DNA of 64,000 nucleotides, from NCBI RefSeq assembly GCF_009914755.1, contig NC_060942.1; one strand, given 5' to 3'. Source of the stretch: the human T2T-CHM13v2.0 reference genome, Homo sapiens. Both the position numbers and the translations under genes were made by a program. Shown one piece after another: positions 13,562 to 26,640 of this stretch. How positions within the stretch are numbered: position 1 is the stretch's first letter; each line of letters begins with the position of its first letter. Under the pieces are notes generated by a model. That model saw only the letters and a program-made list of their open reading frames with translations, did not search any database and was not told the origin of the DNA.

Positions 13562-14248
13562 TAATAAAAGAAAAACCTGAGCCGAATTAAATTTAAAAGC
13601 CTTTAATTGTGGCTCACACCTGTAATGCCAGCACTTTGAGAGGGCGAGGCAGGCGGATCACCTGAGGTCAGGAGTTGGACAGCAGTCTGGCCAACATGGT
13701 AAAACCCCGTCTCTACTGAAAAAAACAAAAATTAGCCGGGCGTGGTGGCGCGCTTCTGTAATCCCAGCTACTCGAGAGACTGAGACAGGAAAATCTCTTC
13801 GCTTGAACAGGGAGGTGGAGGTTGCAGTGAGCCGAGATCGTACCACTGCAACCCAGCCTGGGTGACAGAGCGAGACTCCGTCAAATAAAAAAAACAAAAA
13901 CAAAAACAAAAAAAAAACCTTTAATTGAGCAATGAACGATTTGTGAATCGGACAGCCTCAAAAAGGAAAGCAAGATACAGAAAGTGAAGTGAGATATAAA
14001 AACAGCGGGATTGATTGCAGGTTGGCGCTTGCTACATTTAATTGGCCAAAACCCGTGATTGATTTCTCTGTACATTTTGAACTATAACAAGTGAAGATGT
14101 AAACAGGCCATAGTCTCCTACTACTAGCCTACTATAGGCTATGGTCTATTTACAACTCTACTTGTTATAGTTCAAAATGTACACAGAAACCTTTAGGCTA
14201 AACTTAAAATATGTAATGAGGCAGCTTTAAGCTAAACTTGATTTAACA
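13562..14248 (-). mobile_element. MER57-like (ERV1) solo LTR, split by an Alu
   Basis: The minus strand starts TGTTAAATCAAGTTTAGCTTAAAGCTGCCTCATTACATATTTTAAGTTTAGCCTAAAGGTTTC and ends AAATTTAATTCGGCTCAGGTTTTTCTTTT. Confidence 0.75.
13609..13917 (+). mobile_element. AluS (Sx-like), slightly 5'-truncated
   Basis: Dimer with GGATCACCTGAGGTCAGGAGTT; A/C tail; TSD CCTTTAATTG at 13600-13609 and 13918-13927. Confidence 0.95.
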
Positions 14249-16065
14249 AAATAAATGGAGCACAATTAGATAGAATTAAGAACTCAATACACAAAGCTAG
14301 AAGGTTTCAACGTTCTTCTCCAAATAATTGATAGGACAAAATAGAAAATTTAAGAATGGAGGATATTAGAAAAAGCTATCAATTAAATAAACCTAATTAT
14401 CATGCCTAGAAGACTAAAACCAAACTGCAGTGTACACATATTTTCTTTAGCACACATAAAGCATTCACCAAAAATATGAAAATATCTTATTAAATTTCAA
14501 AGTATGGTCATTTTTATTTAAGATATGTGTGGAAAGTAATTGGCAAAAATATAATTAGAAAACTCCCCTATATTTGGAAATAAAGCAACACATTTCAAAA
14601 TAGCACAATAATTAACGTAGAGGACATTAAAAAATAGGAAATATTTCAAACTGAATAATAATGAAATATGGCATACAAAAACTTCTGAGATGCAGTTTAA
14701 ACCATACAGCAATGTTTACACCTTTACAAATTATATTTAAAAAGAAGAAATATGTAAAATGAATAATCTAAATTTTCACCTTTAAGAATAAAGAAAAATG
14801 TTGAGTATATTAATCCCAATGTATGTAGAAGAAAGTACATAAGAACAATAGCACAAACAATTAAGAAAAATGATCAACCTATAGGTAAACTAGTCCAAGA
14901 AAAGAAGAGAGAAAAAACAAATTACAAATATCATAAATGAAATCACTGAAAAACTTCTATAAAAGCTTAATAAAGAGTAGCAACTTCATGCTAGTGACTC
15001 AGACAACCTGGCTGATAAGTCACTTGTTTAGCAAAAACATAACTCAAAATGGGTCAAGAAGAAACTGAAAATCAAAATAATGAACTGTATATTTAGAAAA
15101 AAAGTAATTTGTAACCTGAAACTTTCTCACAAGTAAAACCCAATGCCCACATGACTTAAATGATAAATTGTAGTGCACATTTATGAAAAGGAAAAAAAAA
15201 TATATATATACTCTTTCTGGAAAAAAAGAAAAATATTTCTTAATTCATTTTTGTTGCCAAAATAAACATTATTTAAGATTATTACAATTTTTTTATTTAA
15301 GCAATTATTTTTAAAAATTGCAGGGGCATTACAAGATTTAAAAAATTACAGCCAATAACTCCTGAACTAAGAAGGCAAACTCATCTCTACACAAATCAAG
15401 ACCAAATGAATCTTACCACAACAATGCAAAACAACTGTCTACATAAATCACCATACAGAATATACTGTAATCACAAACATATCTGATTACAAACAGAAGA
15501 GGCCTTTAACAAAACCAATACCTATTTATGATTTGAAAAAAAAACTCTCAATAACTTAGGAATAGAACCAATCAACCTCAATTTGATCAAAAAAATCCAT
15601 GAAGAAACCTACAATGAATCATAATAAATGGTTAAAGTTTAGTACATATTCCATTAGATCAGGGTAAGATAAAGGTAGCTTAGTTTCCCACTTCTATTTA
15701 CTATTAGCTTCATGATTCTATCCCATAAAATAAATTGGAAATAAGACATAAAAGGCACAAAAGTAGAATTGATATTGCCATTATTCATGGAAAACTTAAT
15801 TTTGTATGCACAGAAACCTAAGTAAAGAACAAAACTCTACTATAAGTGATAAGTGATTCAGCAAGGTATGGGACACAAAATCGATATAGCAACTTGTTTT
15901 TTTTTTTATTTACTAGCAACAGAAATATAGAAAATTAAATTCAAAACAATGCCTTTTGGACTAATGCCAAAATTGTAATCTTAGAGATACAATTATCAGT
16001 GACATGCAAGGCCATTTTCTTGAAAATACAAATATTGTAAACTGTAATTTAAAATGATCTAAATC

Positions 16066-16279
16066 AGAAGCTGGCAAACTATGGCCTGCAGAGCAATCTG
16101 GCCTATTGCCTGTTTAAGTGTGGTCCACAAGCAAAGCACATTTTTTTTTTTAAATTTTAAGGAGATATCTATACATCTCCATCTAATGGTCTATCTGCCT
16201 ATGACAGAAAAAAATACGTGACACACAATACTTAAATATTTTATTTCTGATTTTTAGAGAAAAAGCCTGTCATTCCCTG
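16066..16279 (+). mobile_element. MER58-like hAT-Charlie element
   Basis: Termini CAGAAGCTGGCAAACTATGGCC and AAAAGCCTGTCATTCCCTG. Confidence 0.65.
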
Positions 16280-16749
16280 GTTTAAACAGAGATATATACC
16301 ATACTTATGGGTTGTATGACTACATTCTTAAACTATTATTTGTCTTTAATTTGATCTCTGTATTACTGCAATCTGTATCAGACTCCCAGATTTTTTGTTT
16401 GCTTTTGTAAAGACTAACCATTTTATCCTTAGACATATATGGAGCTGTAAAAGATCTATCATATCCAAAACAAATATCTAAAAAAAGAACAAATGCGGAG
16501 AAAATTTTTAGGGCATTAAAATATTCTAATTTTTTGTAGTTGGTTAAATAAGTGTATTCACTTGTCAAAGCTCATCAAACTATATAGGTAAGGTCTATGC
16601 TTTGTAGTTTGTAAACATTGCCTCTGTTAATGACAGAAAAAGAGAGAGAGAGTAAAAGAAACAGAGAAGTCACAAAAGAATGTCGAAGACGGTGCAATCC
16701 CAATACCATCTTCTAGGGCTGAGAAGAATAATGTGTGTCTCCGTGGAAA

Positions 16750-17280
16750 GAGGTCTTGAAATCGGATCCTATCCATCCTTCCACTATGTTCTTCTTGTTC
16801 AAAGTGTTGTTAGCTATTCTAGATCCTTTGCATTTCTGTATGACTTTTAGAATCAGCTTGTCTACTGCTATAGTAAAGTCTGCAGGGATTTTGACTACAA
16901 TCAACTGGATGTAGAGATTCAATTGGAGAGAAGAGGCATCTTAAAAATATTGAGTGATCCATGAAGAGAGTATATCTCCTCACTTATTTAGATATTCTTT
17001 ATCTAACATTATTTCTGTAATGTTTTATAGCTTTAAGTGCATAGGTATTACAGATTTTAAAAATTTATCCTTAGATATAATGATATTTAGATATTTAGAT
17101 ACCTTAGATATTTAAATATTATGTATTTTTCTCACTTTTCTTATTCTTTATTACTAAGATATAAACATGCATCTATTTTTCTACATTGCGTATTCAGTAA
17201 TATTGCTAAACTAACTTGATAGTTATAATATTTTATACATTCTATAGATTTTTACATTTTTAATTTATTTTATCTGTGTA
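16750..17280 (-). mobile_element. L1M ORF2 fragment
   Basis: TTAGCTATTCTAGATCCTTTGCATTTC..TTTTAGAATCAGCTTGTC; ORF 16713-16922 translates as ORF2-like (KIPADF..DKLILK). Confidence 0.85.
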
Positions 17281-17554
17281 CATATGTGTGTCTGTTGAGA
17301 GCGATACATTGGAAACCAATGTTTAAGAGGCTCTTGACTGTTAAACATTTTTCTGTAATCTTCATGTGTCTTTCCGTCCAGTGATTCTCACCAAAACCAC
17401 AGAGCTTCTACTCCAGCCTTGGTCCTTTACACTGACAAAAATTCATCTTGGGGAAAGTGATTTGACAACTGTAACAAATTTAAAATGCCCTTCCTGTGGG
17501 ATGATTCTACCTCAACACTTTCCTCATATTTCTACATCTAGAATGATATATTTT

Positions 17555-17939
<385 letters not shown>

Positions 17940-18015
17940 TCAGCTGGTGGCTAATTTGATAACCTGTCAACTTCAACTTTGATGTACTCTGAAATATAAT
18001 TGTATGCTTGAGTTC

Positions 18016-18428
18016 TGTCTTAGTCTATTAGTGCTACTATAACAAAATACTTCCCATAGGGTAATTTATAAACAATAGAAATTTGTTTCTCACAGTTTTG
18101 AAGGTTGGAAAGTCCCATGTCAAGGCACTAGCGGATTCAGCATCTCGTAAGGGCTCTCTCTTGCTTCAAAGACTGTGCTTTCTCATTGCATCTTCACCTG
18201 CCAGAGGGAGAAAAAACAGACAAAGTCTGTGCTATCATGTGGCAGAAGTGGTGGAAGGGCCAGGTAGCTTACTGAAGCCTCTATATAAAGGAATTAATCC
18301 CATCCGTGAAAGCAGAGTCCACATGACTTAATCACTACCCAAAAGACACCACCTTTTAAAAGTATTTCAATGGGGATTAGGTTTCAGTATGAATTTTAGA
18401 GGGATACACAGTTTTAAATCATCGGAAC
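18016..18428 (-). mobile_element. MaLR solo LTR (MLT1A-type)
   Basis: TGTCTTAGTCTATTAGTGCTACTATAACAAAATAC...CATGACTTAATCAC...TATGAATTTTAGAGGGATACA. Confidence 0.85.
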
Positions 18429-19371
18429 TTGAGATAGGTTCCTTTTTAGCATGAATATAGTTTCCTTTGTGATAATAAAAATACATAGTCTGACAATGCT
18501 ATTATGAGTTGAGTACTCACCAATTCATTCAATAAATATTGATTGAGTTCCCACTATGTGCAGTATAAGTCAATATCTGACTTTTATCACATTATTTTTC
18601 TACTCAGTGATAGAAAATAATTTTTTGAGAATATGCATGAACATTCTTATGCTCACCTGAGCACTGAGCCAGAGAAGAATTGCAGCCCAACAGCTCAAAT
18701 TGAAAAGGCGAGACTAAGTGTAATTATCAGCTGCCTCCCTTATATCTGGTGTACTTCTAAATGTAAATCATATTGCTAGAGTTCCAGTCGCATTATAGAA
18801 GAAGAGAGGAGTTAAAATGTTTTGTTTTTGTTTTGTTTTGTCTGTTTTTTACTATCAGTTTTTGTATCACACTTCTGCTTCCCCAATGTTTGTAACAGCT
18901 TCCACCATTGGTCAACCTGCTTTGCTGCATAAGTTGGTAAAACCGAATAGTTGCTCCCTATAGTCTCCTTTCTCTCTCTCTCCTCTCTCTGTCTCCCCAC
19001 CCTCTCTTGTGCACACACACGCACACACATGCACACATGAGCCTAAAAACATGTGACATTACTCTGGACTAAAAAACAAAACAAAAAATCTTCTCAAAAT
19101 TAGAAGAGTTCAAAAAGCAAAGGAACCAAGAGTGATGTAGGGAAACTGAGTTAAAACATTATTTGAAAAAATAATAATAAAGACGGCAAACAACCATTTG
19201 AGCAATTAGATAAAAATCTGAAAATTGGAATTCTTAAGATGTTTCATAAATACAATATTTTTTTTAAAAAAACTTTCAAATAGAACTTTCTCTCTTGATG
19301 GGAAGTTTTAGAATAAATTAGCATATTCAAACAGACAAAAAACAACTTAAAGCACAAAACCATTAGATATA

Positions 19372-19460
19372 ATCCTGTTCTGACTTTCCCATTTTACAGA
19401 AAAGATATCTGAGACCCAGAGAGGTTAAACAACATGTCTAAGGTTAAAGCTTTAGCTAGC
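19372..19460 (-). mobile_element. MIR core fragment
   Basis: CCCATTTTACAGA..CTGAGACCCAGAGAGGTTAA..CTAAGGT. Confidence 0.7.
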
Positions 19461-20550
19461 TGTTTTGAAGAGATTTGGGTTATTAATCCACTAAAAATAA
19501 TTTAGTGTAAAAAATATTCAGGAATCAAGAAGAACATAGATAAATCAATAAATTTCAAATATTTGAAACATTATGTCTTTCTAACATAGACTATAGAAGG
19601 TGATATAAAAAAACTGATAAATGATCTCACTAATAAGACTGTGTTTGGGGGAGGGAGATGAAGAGAAAGTTAAGAATACCAGCAGGCATCATTCTTAGAT
19701 ATGGAATGGTCTTTGCATATCACAAGCTACTGTAGCCTGAGCTTCATTCGATTTAGGAGATTATACTAGTTTTCTATAATATTGAGTTTTGTTAAATCAC
19801 TTTTTAATCACAGCAATCTTAGAGGATAAAACATGCATCTATCTTGTCACAATTGCTATATTTACTAAACTTTATCACAATTTCCCAGTGAGAAACTTTT
19901 GCTATTCCAATAGTCGAAGTGAATCATGAAAAGTAAATTAACATCAAAATTATCAACTCTAACATGACAGTCCATGGGAAAAATGTTCTAGAATTTTTTT
20001 CTTATTTATTAACAGGTATCTATAGCAGTGAGGCATTGATATATTAAAAATGATCAATTTAAAGGAGATTACTCATGTTTAATTCTATTGCTAACTACAA
20101 TGTATTTGTTTCACAATTTGACAAATGGGTCCTACTTTTCAGGAATCAGAAACTAAAAAAAGTATGTTATGGAAGATTTTACAAAAGCATAAAATTTCAT
20201 TTGAAGTTCTGCTATTCTTTCATCTTCTACTTCTCCCCTTTTTTCAAAGAATAGATTTTGTGCCATACAATGTGATATGTTAAAACCTTATATAAACTTC
20301 CAAATGTGATGAAAATATTAGATGCTTCTAAGATGGAGTAGACAAACGTTTTCCTATTCCTGCTTATTAAGTTCAATTAAAAGCCCTGAATATTATATAG
20401 AAAACACTCATAGGAAGACTTTTAAGGCTGGAGAGAAGAAGGCAGACCCACAGGTTAGCCAAAACCGGGGAACAATATAGTGTGAGGCTTTGGGTTTCCC
20501 TCTTGTCTCATTTGTTCTAGATTTGGAGCTTAAGAAGATTTCACCCCAGA

Positions 20551-21832
20551 GGAAAGGATAATAAATGTAATAAATGGTGCTGGGAAAACTGGCTAGCTGT
20601 ATGTAGAAAGCTGAAACGGGATCCCTTCCTTACATCTTATACAAAAATTAATTCAAGATGGATTAAAGACTTAAATGTTAGACCTAAAACCGTAAAAACC
20701 CTAGAAGAAAACCTAGGCAATATCATTAAGGATATAGGCATGGGCACGCACTTCATGACTAAAACACCAAAAGCAATGACAACAAAAGCCAAAATTGACA
20801 AATGGGATCTGATTAAACTAAAGAGCTTCTGCACAGCAAAAGAAACTACTACCAGAGTGAACAGGCAACCTACAGAATGGGAGAAATTTTTTACAATCTA
20901 CCCATCTGACAAAGGGCTAATATCCAGAATCTACAAAGAACTTAAACAAATTTACAAGAAAAAATCAAACAACCCCATCAAAAAGTGGGCGAAGGATATG
21001 AACAGACACTTCTCAAAAGAAGACATTTATACAGCCAACAGACACATGAAAAAATGCTCATCATCACTGGCCATCAGAGAAATGCAAATCAAAACCACAA
21101 TGAGATACCATCTCACACCAGTTGGAATGGCGATCATTAAAAAGTCAGGAAACAACAGGTGCTAGAGAGGATGTGGAGAAATAGGAACACTTTTACATGT
21201 TGGTGGGATGTAAACTGGTTCAACCATTGTGGAAGACAGTGTGGCGATTCCTCAGGGATCTAGAACTAGAAATACCATTTGACCCAGCCATCCCATTACT
21301 GGGCATATACCCAAAGGATTATAAATCATGCTGCCATAAAGACACATGCACACGTATGTTTATTGCAGCACTATTCACAATAGCAAGGACTTGGAACCAA
21401 CCCAAATGTCCACCAATGATAGACTGGAGTAAGAAAATGTGGCACATACACACCATGGAATATTATGCAGCCATAAAAATGGATGAGTTCATGTCCTTTG
21501 TAGGGACATGGATGAAGCTGGAAACCATCATTCTCAGCAAACTATCGCAAGGACAGAAAACCAAACACTGCATGTTCTCACTCATTGGTGGGAATTGAAC
21601 AATGAGAACACTTGGACACAGGAAGGGGAACATCACACACCGGGGCCTGTTGTGGGCTGGGGGGAGAGGGGAGGGATAGCATTAGGAGATATACCTAATG
21701 TAAATGACCAGTTAATGGGTGCAGCGAACCAACATGGTACATGTATACATATGTAACAAACCTGCACGTTGTGCACATGTACCCTAGAACTTAAAGTATA
21801 ATAAATATATAATAATAATAATAAAAGAAAAA
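20551..21832 (+). mobile_element. 5'-truncated L1PA (about L1PA4-6): ORF2 C-terminus, 3'UTR and tail
   Basis: ORFs 20740-21165 and 21197-21598 are the L1 ORF2p C-terminus ([19 protein letters not shown]; MFSLIGGN*), broken by a stop and a frameshift. G-rich 3'UTR. Perfect 19-bp TSD AAGAAGATTTCACCCCAGA at 20532-20550 and 21833-21851. Confidence 0.97.
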
Positions 21833-22813
21833 AAGAAGATTTCACCCCAGAAATGCCAACAGGTACAGAGAAGCCATAAAAACTTGCCATCTCTAACCAC
21901 ATGAGGAAGAAAGGGGGACACCATAGACACAGATTATTTTTAGATAATAACTGTTCTAACACAGACAAAAACTACAGAAAACTACTGTGGCTCTACTCCA
22001 ATCCATGCCAGCAAAGCCCCAGGGGAGTACCTGAACTTCCATCCTTAGAAGGATGTAATAAGGCATCTGCCTGGTTTACGTCACTGAAGGTCAAATAGGG
22101 ATTCAGTGCATTCATCACCATTGACCCATAGTACACCCTCCCACCTCCAACATGTCAGTAATGACTGCATGAGGGCAGAACTCTCATCCAATTCAGCAGT
22201 AGTGAAGAGCCTCCCCTCCTATCAACAGAGAATACTTGGAAGACAGGAATCCTCTACTTGGCAGTACTGAGGCAAAATCATTCCATATCCCATCTCTTCC
22301 TTTATCTGGCAAAACAAACTGGCCAAGAACATTGAAATAAGATCCAGAGTCACATAAAAATAATAAAAGAATGTCAAGTTTTTATTTGAAAATCACGTTC
22401 ATACCAAGAATCAGAAACATCTCAAAATAATTTTTAAAAATGCAATACATACCAGCACTAAGATGATGGATAATTATCTGACAAAGATGATAAAGCAGTA
22501 AGAGTAAGAATGCATCAGCAAACTATTATGAACACGCTTGAGACAAATGAAATGAAAAGAACCGAAAGCCTCAGCAAAGGAATAGAAAGTTTCAGCACGA
22601 AATAAAATAGAAATGTTATAAATAAAAAATACAACAACCCAAATAAAGGCTCTGTATTTGGACTCTTTGGCAGACTAGAGAGGACATCATCAGAGAACGT
22701 AGGAAATAATTAGTAAACTCAAAAAAAAATATTTAATCTGAACAACAGAGAGAAAATAAAAACAAAAAAACAAATGAAAGAGAGCCTCAGACCCTGTGGG
22801 TCTGTGAAAATAA

Positions 22814-23111
<298 letters not shown>

Positions 23112-24410
23112 GGTTCAATGAAAATAATTCTAACATTTGTGTTATTGAAGTATGAGTGGATAAGGAAAACAGGGCAAAAAAGTACTTAAAGATATAGTGA
23201 CTAAATATGTTCTAATTTCAGCAAGAAATATAACTCCACTGATTGAAAGAACTAAGAAAATTCCTTAAAAGATTAACCCAAGTAAAATCCTTTTAATATA
23301 CATCATAATTAAATTTCTAAAAACTAAAGATGAAAAAAATATCCTGAAAGCAATCATAGAAATATTACCCTTTGACTATAGGGGCAAAACAAAATGAATA
23401 ATAGTGGATATGGAGGCCAGAAGGAAATAGCATAATATTTCTCAAATGTTGAAATAAAAAAGAACTGCCAATCTAGAATCTTATAGTCAGTGAAAATATC
23501 CCTCAGAAGTGAAAGAAGCCCAAAGATACTCTCAGATAAAAGAAACCTAGGATTATTAGTCACAGTAAATGCTCCATAGAAGAATGAGTAAAGCACTTTT
23601 TATAAACAGAAAGGAAACAATAGAATGAACCTTTGAACATCAGAAAGAACATAGTAAAAATATGGCAAATATAATAGGTCTTTCTTCCCATCTTCACTTA
23701 TCTAAATTGTTAGTGTGCTTAATATGTGAGGCAAAAATTATCACATTTTTAGACGTGGCTCTAAATATACATGGAGAAAATATTTAAGACAATTATAACT
23801 TGGGGAGGATAAAGGAATAAAGAAATGCAAGGAAAGATAAGATTTCTACCCCCACTCAAAGGAGTATGCCCAAAATCACCATAGAAAAATCAAAATTGAA
23901 TTATTTTTAAAAATGATAAGGCAGGAAAAAAAGAAAACAGATAAATGAAAAACAAAACAGATAATTTTTTTAAATGTTAAGCACTAATATATTGCCAAAA
24001 ACTTTAAATATAAATGGTCTAACCACAACAATTAAATAATGGAAATTGGTAGTGAATTTTAAAAAATGATGAAACTGTATGCTGCCTATAAGAAACTCAC
24101 TTCAAATATAATAATCTAGGCAGGTTAGAGTAAAATAAACGGAGAAAGATATATCACACAAACATTAATCAAAGGAAAGCAGATGTCTCCATGCTAATAT
24201 TAAAAAAACTAGATTTCAGAACATTAAAAATTATCAGAGATAGAGAGAGACATTGTGTGATAATAAAATGATGTCAATCTACCAAGAACATACAGCAGTT
24301 TTACATGGTTATAAATCAAACATCAGTGCTGCAATATGTGTAAGACAAAAACAGACAGAATTAAGAAAGAACGTAGATAAATAAATCTACAATTATAGGT
24401 GGACATTTTA

Positions 24411-24739
<329 letters not shown>

Positions 24740-25661
24740 CCCCACATGTCAACAAATGATAAAACAACCAGACAGAAAGTCAGAGAGGATACAGAAGATC
24801 TTAACAATATCATCAGTCAACAGGCTGTAGTCAACATTTATAAAATACTCTCCCAAACAACATTGGAATACACATTTTTTGAAGGGTTCATAAAGGATTT
24901 ATCAATATAGATTATATTATGGCCCATAAAACAAACATTAACAAGTTTCAAGGAATTAAAATCATACATAGAGTGTTCTTCAACCATGATGGAATTAAAA
25001 AGAGTTAGTACTACCAGTGAGCATCATTGTTAGTATATGAAATGCACTAATCAGTAACACAAAGGGAGCAAAAAAAGAAAAATCTGAACACTTGGAAACT
25101 AAGTAACACACTTACAAATAACCCAAAGTTCAAAAGAAATGAAAATTAAAATACACATTGAACTGAATGAGAATATAAAGAGGATAACTCATAACACTAA
25201 ATTTATTAATTAGAAAAGTGAAAGTCTTAAATCAATAATCAAAACCCCAAGCTCAAGAATCTAGACAATAAGAAAATTAGAAACCAAAAGCAAGAAGAAA
25301 ATAATACAAGCGCAAAATGAAATGAAATTTTAATAAAAAAGAAGACAAATTATTTAAAATCGTGATTTCTTAAATCATTCATAATACTTTAATCTTTGAG
25401 TAATATTGGCAAAGAAATAAAAAAGAGAAAACACAAAGCAATAATATCAGGAATGAGACAGGAGATTTTACTACACATCCTATAAGCATAAAAAAAAAGA
25501 AAACCCTACAACTTTTGGACTTATAATTTTGATAAGGTACATAAAAGGAACTATTTTTAAAAATCTACCATATGTTATGCAATATGAAATAGATAACTTG
25601 AATATCTGTATAATTCTGAAGAAAACTAAGTTTATAATATAAAAATCTCCCAAATAATCCA

Positions 25662-26640
25662 TCTTGAAGATGGCCTAATAGAATCCCCTAGTGATCACCA
25701 CCACCCTAAGAGGGATATCAAATTGAACAACTATCCATGCCCTCAAACTCCTTCACAAGAATTAAAAAACCAGGTGAGAGGTTACAGTACTTTAACAGAA
25801 TAATCATAAAAGACCTATTGAAGAGGCTAAGAAGGACAGTCTTGCATTGCTTGCACCACCGTTCCCTCAACCCCAGGCAGTGCAATGCAGAGAGAGGATC
25901 TGTCTGTGTGATGGAGGGAGAGGGAAGCGTGCAGGTAGTGTTACCTTGGAACCCTGTACTAGACCCATCACAGTAAAACAGCACTGGACAGATCTCCATG
26001 GCCCCTGAACAGAGCTCCTAGACCTGCGCTGGTCCAGAAGGGAATCTGCTGCCCCAGCAGGGTAAACTCAAGTCCTGGCCTACTTCATCGCCAGCTGACT
26101 AATGTAGTCTTGGGCCCTAAATAAGTTTGAGTGGCAACGAGCTTGTAACAGCTGAGTAACAGCTGATTTCCTTGGTGAACCACAGTGCTGCACTGGTCTC
26201 AGAGGCTGTGGGCTCAGGATGCACACCAGCACAACATCAGCCATGGCAGCCACGAGGCTGCCTGTGTCACCTCTCCTACAGCTCCAGGCAGTGCAGTTGG
26301 CAGAAAATCTTCTTCCTGGGGGAAGGAGAGGAAAGCGAATAGAGGAACTTGTCTTGCAATCTGGTACCAGCCTTACCACAGTAAAACAGCACTAGGCAAA
26401 ATCCCAAAGCCTCTGATTCCAGGCCATTGCTCCCAAATAGCACTTCTAGACCCACTCTGGGCCAGAAGGGAATTTCCCACCCTGGTGGGATAGAACCAAG
26501 TTATGGCTGGCTTCACCACCTGCTAACTCTAGTGGTCTTGAGCCTTGAATAAACATAAGCAGCAGTCAGGCAGTAGCAGTCACGGGTCTTGGGTGTAACC
26601 CCCGTACTGGGGTGGTCTAAAAGGCAATAGGTTTGGAGAT
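25662..26640 (+). mobile_element. L1M (L1MA-type) 5'UTR fragment
   Basis: Starts AAGATGGCCTAATAGAA, has TGAACAACTATCCA and CAGGTGAG. Internal ~400-bp repeat (ACAGTAAAACAGCACT and CCAGAAGGGAAT each occur twice). Confidence 0.7.

Larger units (their letters stand above)
11830..16560 (+). mobile_element. Long decayed L1M (ORF1 to ORF2) with nested FLAM, LTR, Alu and MER58
   Basis: A-rich strand with collinear L1 motifs (ATAGAACTGAAATAC, GCAAAATATCCTTTAAAATTGAAG, ATTTGGAAATAAAGCAACACATTTC, TTCAGCAAGGTATGGGACACAAAATC). Confidence 0.75.

Noticed and set aside
20740-21598. 141-aa and 133-aa ORFs as a protein-coding gene
   Set aside because: They are the L1 ORF2p C-terminus in a 5'-truncated copy with a premature stop and a frameshift through the cysteine-rich motif.
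21640-21680. G-quadruplex-prone tract
   Set aside because: Standard feature of the L1PA 3'UTR.
25960-26640. ~400-bp-period repeat as a novel array
   Set aside because: Two diverged units within an L1 5'UTR; repeated monomers are expected there.
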